Shown here piece by piece: positions 11,152 through 23,221 of a DNA stretch of 64,000 nucleotides; position 1 is the first letter of the stretch; every line of letters begins with the position of its first letter. Source of the stretch: Macrostomum lignano (lineage: Eukaryota); contig NIVC01001050.1 in assembly GCA_002269645.1 (NCBI GenBank), positions 309,679 through 373,678 on the forward strand, written 5' to 3'. Made by a program: the position numbers and the translations under genes. The notes beneath the pieces were generated by a model. That model ran no database searches, was not told the origin of the DNA, and saw nothing but the letters and a program-made list of their open reading frames with translations.

Positions 11152-12146
11152 GCCGGCAGGAAGCTGCGCGGACCACTCGTGGAATCCCCGGAGTGGACAT
11201 CCTGCAGCTAAACCTGCACCACTGCATCGCGGCCTCGACCAACCTGATGCGGGTGGCAAACTTTGCGAAACCGGGCATCATCCTACTCCAGGAGCCCTGG
11301 ACAAAGAAAGGTAAGATTCCGAATATTCCTGCTGGTTTTGACTGTTTTCAGGACCCTCAAAACCCCAGAGCAGCCATGTTCGTGTCTACCCATCTCAAAG
11401 CTTGGCACAGACCGGACCTCTCTGACAGAGATCTCTGTGTCATTCAGTCCAACCACATTATCACCAACCGCACGGTCATAATCGCCTCGATTTATATCCC
11501 TGGCGATGGCCCCGCGGTTCCACCCAACCTCACCTCCCTCGTGGACTACTGCTCTAACCGTAGGTTCGAGCTGCTGGTGGCGGGCGACATCAACGCTCAC
11601 CACACCCACTGGGGCAGTAATTCTTCCAATAGCAGAGGCGAGGAACTCCTTGCTTACATCTGCACCACCAACACTGAGTTTTGCAACATTGGTGGAACCC
11701 CCACCTTTGACAACGGGCGATGGACGGAGGCCCTCGACGTTACCCTCGTCTCCCATGGCCTGGCTCCTTTAGTCAAGGACTGGGAAGTTTGGGACGAAGA
11801 GGAGTCTCTGTCTGACCATCGCTTCGTTCGTTTTCGATTGCAATCCTCTTGCCCCAAGCCTCACATTCTGTGGAAAAGGAACGTCCGGAACACTGACTGG
11901 ACGGCTTTCACGGAAACCCTGAAATGCCAGACAGATCAGCTGACTACCGTCGCTCCAACCACCTGTCAGGAAGTGGATGACCTTGCAGACTTGCTCAGCA
12001 AGACCGTCCTGACAGCCCATGAGGCTTCCTGTCCTCTTAAAGCCTACAAAGGCAAAAAATCCGCCCCCTGGTGGCACCCGGCGCTCGGATCCCTCCGGCG
12101 CAAGGCAAAGTGCCTCCAACGGAAAGCTCGCAAGAGCAAGGACCCC
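11148..12146 (+). CDS. LINE ORF2 apurinic-like endonuclease domain (3'-truncated)
   Basis: About 330 uninterrupted codons with the full EEP catalytic motif set (N, E, Y, DxN, D, SDH). Confidence 0.88.
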
Positions 12147-12280
12147 CAGACTGATGTGGCCCCCAGACTGATGTGGCCCCCAGACTGATGGGACCTCCAG
12201 ACTGATGTGACCTCCAGACTGATGCGACCTCCAGACTGATGTGACCTCCAGACTGATGTGACCTCCAGACTGATGTGACC
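12141..12280. repeat. 16-bp minisatellite CCCCAGACTGATGTGA, right part
   Basis: Same unit and orientation as 10125-10560. Confidence 0.92.
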
Positions 12281-14659
12281 GATGCGATCTTACAGTGACA
12301 GTTTAATGTTACAGTAAACGTCTAAATGGGGTATTATTTATAGGATTTTAATCATTTTTTTCATTTTTTAATAGTTCTGACCTAATGTTCCTTACCAAAA
12401 CACGATCGATATAATCACTACTGTCCTCGCAGCAGCCCTTAGCTACTATTTGTGTTCCGTCACAAAGAGCGATCTTTAAGGCAAAAATCGAGCTTCAAAA
12501 AAGTCCAAAAGCCCTGCAAAATCAGTCAAGCTCGTTTAAAGCTGCATCCATCGCTTCTGCTGAAGTTTAAGCAATTTTCCTATATGATTGCACCTACCGA
12601 TCAGGAGCCCTTGGTATTGTCTCCAAATAATTGGCCTGCATGAAGAAGCGGCGACGTGTTTCTTTCTCATCAAAGACCTGGCAACGAGCGAAAATCTTCA
12701 ATCCTCAAGCCCATATCCGCTTCAAGTTACCTGGCTTGTAAAAGATGACGAAAATCAGTACCCGCCAGCCAGAATAAGCCCACCACCTGCCTGACTCCGT
12801 GGCTAGAAATCATGAGCTATCAGTCTGTCACTCCGATAGTTGTGCAGCGCAGTCTGTGAGCCTGAAATGAACACCTGATGTGCCGAAATCCTCATCACCT
12901 GATGTGTCGAGCTAGTCATATGGGCTTCCCCGGGGGCTCGGCCACGCCTCCCCTCTCGCAGCTGGAACCCCTGGATCAGCTTCCCAACCTTAAGAGCACG
13001 CTTTTACCTTTGACCAGTGCGAAACAAAGCCCTGCCCCATCACCCAGGATTGACTGGGCGATGAGGCTAGGTACTCGCTGGCTCAGGGAAAATGATCGGC
13101 GGTCGTAGAAGCTAAAAGGGGGGGTGACTAGGATTGTCGAGATAAATCTCTGAGATAAAAATCTCGGGATTCGTAAAGTGTTCTCTCAACAAGGCCAACG
13201 ACGGAGCCTTGCCGGCGCTATCAGAAATATGTTTTTGCTTTTCCCACCTGATCTCGACATCGGAAAGAGGGAAAACGCCAACCGAAAACAAGCGTCAAGC
13301 AAAGGTAACGTCCGAATTGACGTTGGCTTATTATGCTTGTCGTTAAAAATTTCCATCTTTCCTCCCGCCACAAAATTTTGCTTGTGGCCGGCCCGTCTTC
13401 CCCAATCGGTCTCTTCCCTTTGTGCTCACGCGCGCGCGCCTCTTGGATAATTTCGCCTTAAATCCATGGGAAAATTAGCCGGCGACGGAGAAGAAGATTG
13501 CCAGGTGTAATCATTAATCAAGCATTTATGCTCCAAGGCCCGACGCAAGCAGTTTTTTGTAAGTGGGGGGAGCAATTAAGTTCTGGTATTTCAAACGGCG
13601 ACTGCATCCGCCCACAGAGGCCCGAAAAGATTATAAATACGGCTGGATGAGGAGCCCCAGTTGAGCACAGAAGTTTCTCTTCAAGGCTTCAAGTAGAGAC
13701 AGATAGAAAAGGAAAGCCGCTGTTGTCACTTCCGTAAGAATCCTGAGCCATCACAGTGGCTGAGACCCTCCACGGTTGAGGTAATGTTGGGTTCCAGTAT
13801 GCAGTCCCGTGCCGTCAAGAGCCTGGTGTCACACACACACCAGTCTCCCATACTGGCCCAACATTATCTCAACGTGCCAGCCAAAATCGACCGAGAAGCG
13901 TGTGCGAGATTACTCCAATACTCGAATTTCCCCAAAAATTTTTTATTGTTTCCTGAGCAGTCGTCTTGCCGACCTAGACTATGCAGGGAGTTGCCAAGCT
14001 TGTCAACGGCTTGTCACTGTCCCCAGGCAATGCCAGACTATAGTATTGGTTATTATGATACAACTGATAATCGATAACAATACTAAAAGCAACTGGTAAT
14101 GCCCTGTCTAGTCTAGTTGACAGAGCTGCTGAATCAACCACTGCCAGATTTGCCGATATGTGCTTCCTCTTATTCTTTGCTTAGTCCGAACCAAATAAAC
14201 TCGTACAGCAGACCCAGGTGTCTGCAAAGCGCTTTAACCTGTGTTTGTTTGCTTTTTTGCTTTGGCAGGCAATCAGGGCCTTACTTTCCTTTACTTCCTC
14301 TTATCTATCGAAAATAATAAAACGCCGAGTGGGCACAGTCAACAGATAATTACATTAATTGCCTGATTGTCTCCGCTAGCGCAGCTGCCGACAGTCGCGG
14401 CAGGCATCTTTCTGTCCGTGGCGAAAGATTTATCGAATTCGTTTTGTATTTTCATAGTGCGGTTTTTCTTAATAGAAATAATTTTCCTAGCGCATGGACA
14501 TGCGACTGGTTGCCTGGAATTTCTCAAAAGAAATGCCACCTGCGTTTTACTACACCTGAAACGCCTTTTAAACTACCAAAGACCAAAGAAACTTACTTTT
14601 TTGTGTCTTAAGCAATTTTTTGAACAGTTTTGGCATTTGCATGTCTGTGCAGAAACCTC

Positions 14660-15090
14660 TAGTCCCTGAGAATCTGCCCCTCGGCTCCCTCAGTCCCTGA
14701 GAATCTGCCCCTCGGCTCCCTCAGTCCCTGAGAATCTGCCTCTCCGCTCCCTCCGTCCTTGAGAATCTGCCTCTCCGCTCCCTCCGTCCTTGAGAATCTG
14801 CCTCTCCGCTCCCTCAGTCCCTGAAAATCTGCCTCTCCGCTCCCTCCGTCCCTCAGAATCTGCCTCTCCGCTCCCTCCGTCCCTGAGAATCTGCCTCTCC
14901 GCTCCTTCAGTCCCTAAAAATCTGCCTCTCCGTTCCCTCCGTCCCTGAGAATCTGCCTCTCCGCTCCTTCAGTCCCTGAGAATCTGCCTCTCCGCTCCCT
15001 CAGTCCTTGAGAATCTGCCTCTCCGCTCCCTCAGTCCCTGAGAATCTGCCTCTCCGCTCCCTCAGTCCCTGAGAATCTGCCTCTCCGCTC
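14660..15090. repeat. 31-bp minisatellite GTCCCTGAGAATCTGCCTCTCCGCTCCCTCA
   Basis: About 14 units, period 31 (14662/14693). Confidence 0.93.
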
Positions 15091-15131
15091 TTGATCAGTT
15101 ACTACTTGTGCTTCATATTTGAAGCACAAGT

Positions 15132-15438
15132 GTGGGGCTGTAGTCTAGTGGTTAGAGCGTCGGACTCACGACTGAAAGGTCGAGGGTTCGATTCCCGATC
15201 CCACTGGAACAATTTGTGTCCTTGAGCAAGACACTTAACTCTGAATTGCTTCAGTTTACCCAGCTATAAAATGGGTGCCGGCATTAGCTGGGGTAATTGA
15301 GGCTGTGTGTGGCGACCCCCAGTCATTGGAATGAACAGCCGTACGCAGCCTTCAGATGCGCCGCGCAAAAGCTGCGGCTGAGCTGTCAGTTGCACATCTG
15401 GCCCAATTGGGGCAGGTGTAATCAATGATGATTATTAT
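15132..15438 (+). mobile_element. tRNA-derived SINE, most complete copy B
   Basis: Pol III A box (TAGTCTAGTGG) and B box (GGTTCGATTCCC); CORE-like TGTGTCCTTGAGCAAGACACTTAAC segment; 3' tail ending in ATG/ATT repeats; two further copies in the window. Confidence 0.85.
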
Positions 15439-15763
15439 TTTTTAATTCATATTTAAATTTTTGTAACGCAAATATTCGTAGTGATTAATTCAAAATCAAA
15501 TCTAAACTGGTATCTTTGTAACTACATGGCATTTTATATCACTTACGTCCCTGTATTGTTGTTTCAGTGTTTTTGTTTAAATTACGAGCCGTTCATTCAA
15601 AAATGAAATCGATTTAAACTCATTCTTGCGAATTTATATGTCAAATCCTATTCATTAAATATAGTCCCACAAAACTGACTTGGCTGAGAGAATATGCCTA
15701 TTTGTCTTTTGTTTTTCTAAGCAAACTATGCGTAAAAACTGATTCCAGCTTCAGAAAATAATT

Positions 15764-16381
15764 AGAGAGGAAAGGAGAGGAGAGGAGAGGAGAGGAGAGG
15801 AGAGGAGAGGAGAGGAGAGGAGAGGAGAGGAGAGGAGAGGAGAGGAGAGGAGAGGAGAGGAGAGGAGAGGAGTGGAGAGGAGAGGAGAGGAGAGGAGAGG
15901 AGATGAGAAGAGAGGAGAGGAGAGGAGAGGAGAGGAGAGGAGAGGAGAGGAGAGGAAAGGAGAGGAGAGGAGAGGAGAGGAGAGGATAGGAGAGGAGAGG
16001 AGAGGAGAGGAGAGGAGAGGAGAGGAGAGGAGAGGAGAGGAGAGGAGAGGAGAGGAGATGAGAAGAGAGGAGAGGAGAGGAGAGGAGAGGAGAGGAGAGG
16101 AGAGGAGAGGAGAGGAGAGGAGAGGAGAGGAGAGGAGAGGAGAGGAGAGGAGAGGAGAGGAGAGGAGAGGAGAGGAGAGGAGAGGAGAGGAGAGGAGAGG
16201 AGAGGAGAGGAGAGGAGAGGAGAGGAGAGGAGAGGAGAGGAGAGGAGAGGAGAGGAGAGGAGAGGAGAGGAGAGGAGAGGAGAGGAGAGGAGAGGAGAGG
16301 AGAGGAGAGGAGAGGAGAGGAGAGGAGAGGAGAGGAGAGGAGAGGAGAGGAGAGGAGAGGAGAGGAGAGGATAGGAGAGAG
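15764..16381. repeat. (GGAGA)n pentanucleotide microsatellite
   Basis: About 120 units; source of the LSSPL/ERRGE artefact ORFs. Confidence 0.97.
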
Positions 16382-17744
16382 CTGAGAAGAGGCACAAGCC
16401 TTAAGCAGGCCAGTCTTCACGGGCCGCATGTGGCTAGAGTTCGCCAACCCGTAATTACCGGTAAATTAATATGTGCACTTATTGCAGGCTTACAATTTCA
16501 ACTGGGCTACTGTTAGTAAACAGAATAGTTCTACTTAATAAAACCGTGTTTTTTATAAAAAAATTATCAAAAGAAAACTTGGCAATTTTTCCTTACATAG
16601 CAAAGCTACACGTAGCTCGAAAGTCGACCCACACCCTGAGAAGAGGCAAGCAGTCATGCCCGAGGCAACCTTAAATTGTCGCTCTTTGTTCATCTAAGTT
16701 AGAGAAGGGAGTCAAGGCAATCAAAGTTGAAATTTACTAGCATTGGACAATAGATCTGCAATGTTCTCATCGTTAATACGAGCTAAAAGCATCTCGATAA
16801 ACCTGTAAGTAAGACTTTGTGCTCAAAAATTGGCCGGCGGGTTGTCGTGCAATTCACATCCACGGGTGTACATCCCTGACGATTAGAAAGTGTGAGCGGG
16901 TGCACGGGTAGAATTGCTGCCAGCGCTGGTTGTGGGTGACGGTGTCATTTGCTGAGTATGAATTAAGTTGAAATAAGGAAGTGCAGGAGTTATTGTCAAA
17001 ATAGAGAGGCTCGATACTTCATAAAAAATTTCATTCATCGATTTCGAAGACGTGAAATATCGAGCAGATGAAACGCAATGAGGACGTACTGTACATTTCA
17101 CACATTCTTGTAAATTTACAAATGCTCGCAAATGTACACCCTGCTTGAGTCATATCGCTGGCAAACAGCGTTTTCTATTTGCTAAAAACGGATAAGAATT
17201 ATTATACCTCTGCTCTCTCTCATTGGCTGCACATCTGGGCCAAAATGTAATTTGTTAACGCAGTGTATGAGCAGCCTTGGAGCTTTCCAATTCGTTGTGG
17301 ACGTATAGAATTAATTGGGTGAAAACCTCTTTTTCTAGCAGTCACGTGATTCAAGGGCTGACCCCTACTATATAGTATATGCAATTGTGGCATGCGTTGC
17401 GCTGCCTGACTGGAGCTTTTTAAGCGCCTAAATTCCCCACAAAAGCTCTCAACAAAAAAGAAGTGAAATCGTTGGCCGCTAGCTTTTGCCCCATCGCGCA
17501 GCTCATGTGGCTCTCCAGCCATCCGGCAGGATCTAACAGCAACAACTCAATCAGTAAATCCATTTTAATTGCTCGTAAACAGAAAATCCCATCTCCGATT
17601 GAAACACAACAGCAGCGACAGCAGCCGCAGCAACTACCTACTCTGTTGCAGGATGCACACGAGCGATGGAAGTCCAGGTAATGAAACTTATTTTAAGCAA
17701 AGTTGATAAAATACTCGTATTATAGATGGTAAGGTTCCTTACGC

Positions 17745-18240
17745 ATCCATGACGACGATAAAGTTCCTTAGACATCCATGGAGGCGGTAAGGTTCCTTAG
17801 ACATCCATGAAGGCGGTAAGGTTCCTTAGACATCCATGACGGCGGTAAGGTTCCTTAGACATCCATGGAGGCGGTAAGGTTCCTTAGACATCCATGAAGG
17901 CAGTATGGTTCCTTAGACATCCATGAAGGCGGTAAGGTTCCTTAGACCTCCATGGAGGCGGTAAGGTTCCTTAGACATCCATGACGGCGGTAAGGTTCCT
18001 TAGACATCCATGACGGCGGTAAGGTTCCTTAGACATCCGTGACGGTGGTAAGGTTCCTTAGACATCCGTGACGGCGGTAAGGTTCCTTAGACATCCGTGA
18101 CGGTGGTAAGGTTCCTTAGACATCCATGAAGGCAGTATGGTTCCTTAGGTGGTAAGGTGGTAAACTTTTTTTCAGTCGTCCATGACGACCTAAAGTCCTT
18201 TAGACACCCAGGAAAACGGTAAGGTTCCTTAGACATCGAT
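17745..18240. repeat. 29-bp minisatellite GGCGGTAAGGTTCCTTAGACATCCATGAA
   Basis: Period 29 (17783/17812); internal TAAGG-TT-CCTTA dyad. Confidence 0.92.
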
Positions 18241-18575
18241 GATTTCGGCAAGATCCAGGTGGGGACCAGGTGGGGTAAATTTCTGCTGATAAAAACAGTG
18301 GTCTATTTTGCTTCTCGGATGCAAATCTAAGCATAATTTTATGTAGACCTAAGTGGGTTCAATTAGGAATGATCCACAGTCAGTCGATACCTTGCCAGGG
18401 GCGAGTGATCCTAGACTTGAGTCCGAGTGCTCAATGACCCGATTAAATCAGTGCCTCAGGAAGCTGGGCTCTATCGATCTGTTTTGATGGAGCGGAGAGC
18501 GAGTTGAGGTACGGGAGAGAGAGAGAGAGAATTGAGAAAGAAATCATTGCAAAAACACTGTTATGTTGTCAAACT

Positions 18576-18589
18576 GTTGTCATGACAAC
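18576..18589. promoter_or_regulatory. Candidate RFX X-box GTTGTCATGACAAC
   Basis: Perfect 14-bp palindrome fitting GTHNYY-AT-RRNAAC, 4.35 kb upstream of the CDKL ATG. Confidence 0.45.
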
Positions 18590-19130
18590 CAAATCTGGGC
18601 GCAGGGCATGCAATTGTTTTATTACCAATGCCTCAACCCATTGTGGAAGGGCAAAATTAGAAAGATTCATATTTATAGCCGCCTCTCCGTTTGCCCCCAC
18701 GCTGCATTTATTGAGGTCAGGGTGAAGGGAAAAATTAATTAAATCCCTTATCCTTGATAAGAAATTCCTCCCTTGAAACCGCTACAAGTTGCTTACCTTC
18801 GGTGCAGCTGAGTAGCAAGTTTTTATGCAGGCTCACGTAATGCGTGACCCACACAAATTTGTTTTGTTTTAATCAAATCGTACCAGAGTGTACAACCAGT
18901 TTCGCACTGATATAACCGCAGTTTTTTATGGCACAGCTATTTATAGTTTTCTTATTGAATTGGTTCGTACTTTGATATGCTAGGGAGATGCCTGACATAA
19001 CTGAAGCGGTTGATTCTGAAGCTGATGAAGATCAGGGCATTTCTCCGACAGCCACCCATACTGACTGGGAGGTTACTGGGGGAGTCAATTGCAGTCGGGC
19101 AATCAAATGTATGAACAGGATGAGATGTAG

Positions 19131-20560
19131 GCTGATGGAGAGAGAGAAGTAGATTGATGGAGAGAGAGAGAGGTAGATTGATGGAGAGAGAGAAGTAGTT
19201 TGATGGAGAGAGAGAAGTAGTTTGATGGAGAGAGAGAAGTAGATTGATGAAGAGAGAGAAGTAGTTTGATGGAGAGAGAGAAGTAGATTGATAGAGAGAG
19301 AGAGGTAGTTTGATGGAGAGTGAGAGAGAAGTAGATTGGTGGAGAGAGAGAGGTAGATTGATGGAGAGAGAGAAGTAGTTTGATGGAGAGAGAGAGAAAA
19401 GTAGATTGATGGAGAGAGAGAGAGAGAGGTGGATTGGTGGAGAGAGAGAGGTAGATTGATGGAGAGAGAGAAGTAGATTGATGAAGAGAGAGAAGTAGTT
19501 TGATGGAGAGAGAGAAGTAGATTGATAGAGAGAGAGAGGTAGTTTGATGGAGAGTGAGAGAGAAGTAGATTGGTGGAGAGAGAGAGGTAGATTGATGGAG
19601 AGAGAGAAGTAGTTTGATGGAGAGAGAGAGAAAAGTAGATTGATGGAGAGAGAGAGAGAGAGAGGTAGATTGGTGGAGAGAGAGAGGTAGATTGATGGAG
19701 AGAGAGAAGTAGATTGTTGGAGAGAGAGAGGTAGATTGATGGAGAGAGAGAAGTAGATTGATGAAGAGAGAGAGGTAGTTTGATGGAGAGAGAGAGAAAA
19801 GTAGATTGATGGAGAGAGAGAGAGAGAGGTAGATTAGTGGAGAGAGAGAGGTAGATTGATGGAGAGAGAGAAGTAGATTGTTGGAGAGAGAGAGGTAGAT
19901 TGATAGAGAGAGAGAAGTAGATTGATGGAGAGAGAGAGAGAGAGAGGTAGATTGGTGGAGAGAGAGAGGTAGATTGATGGAGAGAGAGAAGTAGATTGTT
20001 GGTGAGAGAGAGGTAGATTGATAGAGAGAGAGAAGTAGATTGATGAAGAGAGAGAGGTAGATTGATGGAGACAGAGAAGTAGATTGATGAAGAGAGAGAG
20101 AAAAGTAGATTGATAGAGAGAGAGAAGTAGATTGATGGAGAGAGAGAGGTAGATTGATGGAGAGAGAGAAGTAGATTGATGAAGAGAGAGAAGTAGATTG
20201 ATGAAGAGAGAGAGAAAAGTAGATTGATAGAGAGAGAGAAGTAGATTGTTGGAGAGAGAGAGAGGTAGATTGATAGAGAGAGAGAGGTAGATTGATGGAG
20301 AGAGAGAAGTAGATTGATGGAGAGAGAGAAGTAGATTGATGAAGAGAGAGAGAAAAGTAGATTGATAGAGAGAGAAGTAGATTGAGAGAGAGAGAGAAGT
20401 AGATTGATGGAGAGAGAGAGGTAGATTGATGGAGAGAGAGAGAAAAGTAGATTGATAGAGAGAGAGAAGTAGATTGATGGAGAGTGAGAGAGAGAGAAGT
20501 AGATTGGTGGAGAGAGGGGAGGTAGATTGATGGAGAGAGAGAAGTAGATTGATAGAGAGA
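19131..20560. repeat. Compound AG-rich minisatellite (GA)n-AGTAGATTGATG
   Basis: Units of ~22-28 nt that vary in GA-tract length; source of the 492-aa artefact ORF. Confidence 0.93.
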
Positions 20561-20934
20561 GAAGTCGATAAAATTATTCAAAAGGTAGATTAAATACTCA
20601 AGCGCTAGCTCTGCTGCGTAGCGCCACCCTCGTGTAACTTGACATTGAATAATAACAACTCTATGTGCAAAGCAACGCGCATCACCATATATATACTATG
20701 TATTATTTATTGATATTCATATTACAAAGCAAACTTTGTTTTGCATGCTCCGCTTGACAAAATACACGACCTTGACTATTTATTCTTTTATTCCAGCCAC
20801 TTTTAGCAAGTCAAGCTTCTCAAATTTGAAATCTTTACGAAGGTAATCAAGTGTGATTTATTGCAGCCTTTTTGTGTAGATTTGTTTGACAATCTGAGCT
20901 TTGCTAGTTTGATTTGATTGGCAGGGGGAGTAAA

Positions 20935-21740
20935 TTGAGTGTCAGGGGGATTTAAATTGGGTGTCAGGGAGATTTAAGTTGGGTGTCAGGGGGATTTAAA
21001 TTGGGTGTCAGGGAGATTTAAGTTGGGTGTCAGGGAGATTTAAGTTGGGTGTCAGGGAGATTTAAGTTGGGTGTCAGGGAGATTTAAGTTGGGTGTCAGG
21101 GAGATTTAAGTTGGGTGTCAGGGGGATTTAAATTGGGTGTCAGGGAGATTTAAGTTGGGTGTCAGGGAGATTTAAGTTGGGTGTCAGGGCGGATTTTGTT
21201 TGGGTGTCAGGGAAATTTAAATTGGGTGTCAGGGGAGATTTAAATTTCGTGTCAGTTGGTTAGAATTGGGTGTCAGGGAGATTTAAGTTGGGTGTCAGGG
21301 AGATTTAAGTTGGGTGTCAGGGCGGATTTTGTTTGGGTGTCAGGGGAGATTTAAATTTCGTGTCAGTTGGTTAGAATTGGGTGTCAGGGAGATTTAAATT
21401 GGGTGTCAGGGGAGATTTAAATTTCGTGTCAGTTGGTTAGAATTGGGTGTCAGGGGGATTTAAATTGGGTGTCAGGGAAATTTAAATTGGGTGTCAGGGA
21501 AATTTAAATTGGGTGTCAGGGAGATTTAAATTGGGTGTCAGGGAGATTTAAATTGGGTGTCAGGGGGATTTAAACTGGGTGTCAGGGAAATTTAAATTGG
21601 GTGTCAAGGAGATTTAAATTGGGTGTCAGGGGGATTTAAATTGGGTGTCAGGGAGATTTAAATTGGGTGTCAGGGAAGATTAAAGTTGGGTGTCAGGGGG
21701 ACTTCAAATGGGGTGTCAGGGGCATTTAAACTCGGTGTCA
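20935..21740. repeat. 22-bp minisatellite GGGTGTCAGGGAGATTTAAATT
   Basis: About 35 units with variants. Confidence 0.93.
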
Positions 21741-22320
21741 GAGGAGCCAATCAGGATGCTTTAAAAAAATTTTCATTCTGCCTCTTTTAATTTTCTGACT
21801 GCACAATCTGCTTTTGCAATTATTAAAAAAATGAGTGACATCTCTAGTACTAACAACTGCGAATAATCTCTACCCTGCCACTGATTCTGAAACCTTTTAA
21901 ATCCTAAACCAATTTTCACTCGGATGCTTCTGTTGCACTTCTTTTACCGCGCAAAAAACAAATTATTGTAAAAGCGCTGATAATTTGATAAAACAAAAAC
22001 AACTATCTTTCGGCTTACTGGCTTAGTAACTCACCGTCGCTCCCTGATTTTGCTTATCTTCTTTTCTTTTGTGCGCGCGCGAATACCGCAGTGGGCTCTT
22101 GAGTCAGAGTCTTGAGCCAGTTTAGGCGTCATAAAACTTGTCCTAAAGCGTGACCCACCGCCCGATTCTTTAATTGACACGGCGGCTCATTTAGATTTCA
22201 TGTGCGCCACCCCCTTAGCTTGTGCAGGCGGTGCATTTTATGGCCGCCGACTCCGCCCAGTCACTCTCTCATGCTGGCGCCGCGACTGCTGCCGTTCTGA
22301 CCTGGCTGCTGTCAGTTCTA

Positions 22321-22322
22321 TA

Positions 22323-22353
<31 letters not shown>

Positions 22354-22410
22354 GTCTGTATGTCTATCTATCTATCTATCTGTCTCTCTGTCTGTCTATC
22401 TATCTATCTA

Positions 22411-22441
<31 letters not shown>

Positions 22442-22498
22442 GTCTGTATGTCTATCTATCTATCTATCTGTCTCTCTGTCTGTCTATCTATCTATCTA

Positions 22499-22529
<31 letters not shown>

Positions 22530-22586
22530 GTCTGTATGTCTATCTATCTATCTATCTGTCTCTCTGTCTGTCTATCTATCTATCTA

Positions 22587-22617
<31 letters not shown>

Positions 22618-22674
22618 GTCTGTATGTCTATCTATCTATCTATCTGTCTCTCTGTCTGTCTATCTATCTATATA

Positions 22675-22741
<67 letters not shown>

Positions 22742-22832
22742 GTCTATCTGTCTATCTGTCTATCTGTCTATCTGTCTATCTGTCTATCTGTTTATCTATC
22801 TATCTGTTTATCTATCTATCTATCCATCTATC
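22321..22832. repeat. (CTAT/CTGT)n microsatellite with 88-bp higher-order period
   Basis: Marker GTATG recurs at 22358, 22446, 22534 and 22622. Confidence 0.93.
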
Positions 22833-22891
22833 TGGGCAATACGAGAAAACCCCTCACACTATGGTGCATTGTCGGTCACGTTCGACTCTAA

Positions 22892-23221
<330 letters not shown>

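Larger units (their letters stand above)
10600..12146 (+). mobile_element. Non-LTR retrotransposon fragment (R1/LOA-like): ORF1 3' part plus ORF2 APE endonuclease, truncated at both ends
   Basis: ORF2 shows APE motifs ILQLNLHH, ILLQEPW, SIYIP, VAGDINAHH..WGS, TPTF, LDVTL, SDHRFV, then NVRNTDW and SAPWW. The RT is absent because the frame runs into the satellite. Confidence 0.9.

Noticed and set aside
13600-13760. Solo LTR or promoter-like segments with TATA motifs (also ~32500-32960, 34850-35250, 50750-51100)
   Set aside because: No TG...CA termini, paired copy, primer-binding site, polypurine tract or target-site duplication could be shown within the window.
15134-15205. Functional tRNA gene
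   Set aside because: The anticodon and acceptor stems pair poorly, and it continues into a shared SINE body found in three copies.
15698-20581. Long ORFs such as LSSPL, ERRGE and the 492-aa HQSTSLS ORF (also those at 22200, 33624, 40284, 49213 and 50064)
   Set aside because: They are translations of stop-free micro- and minisatellites with no domain content.
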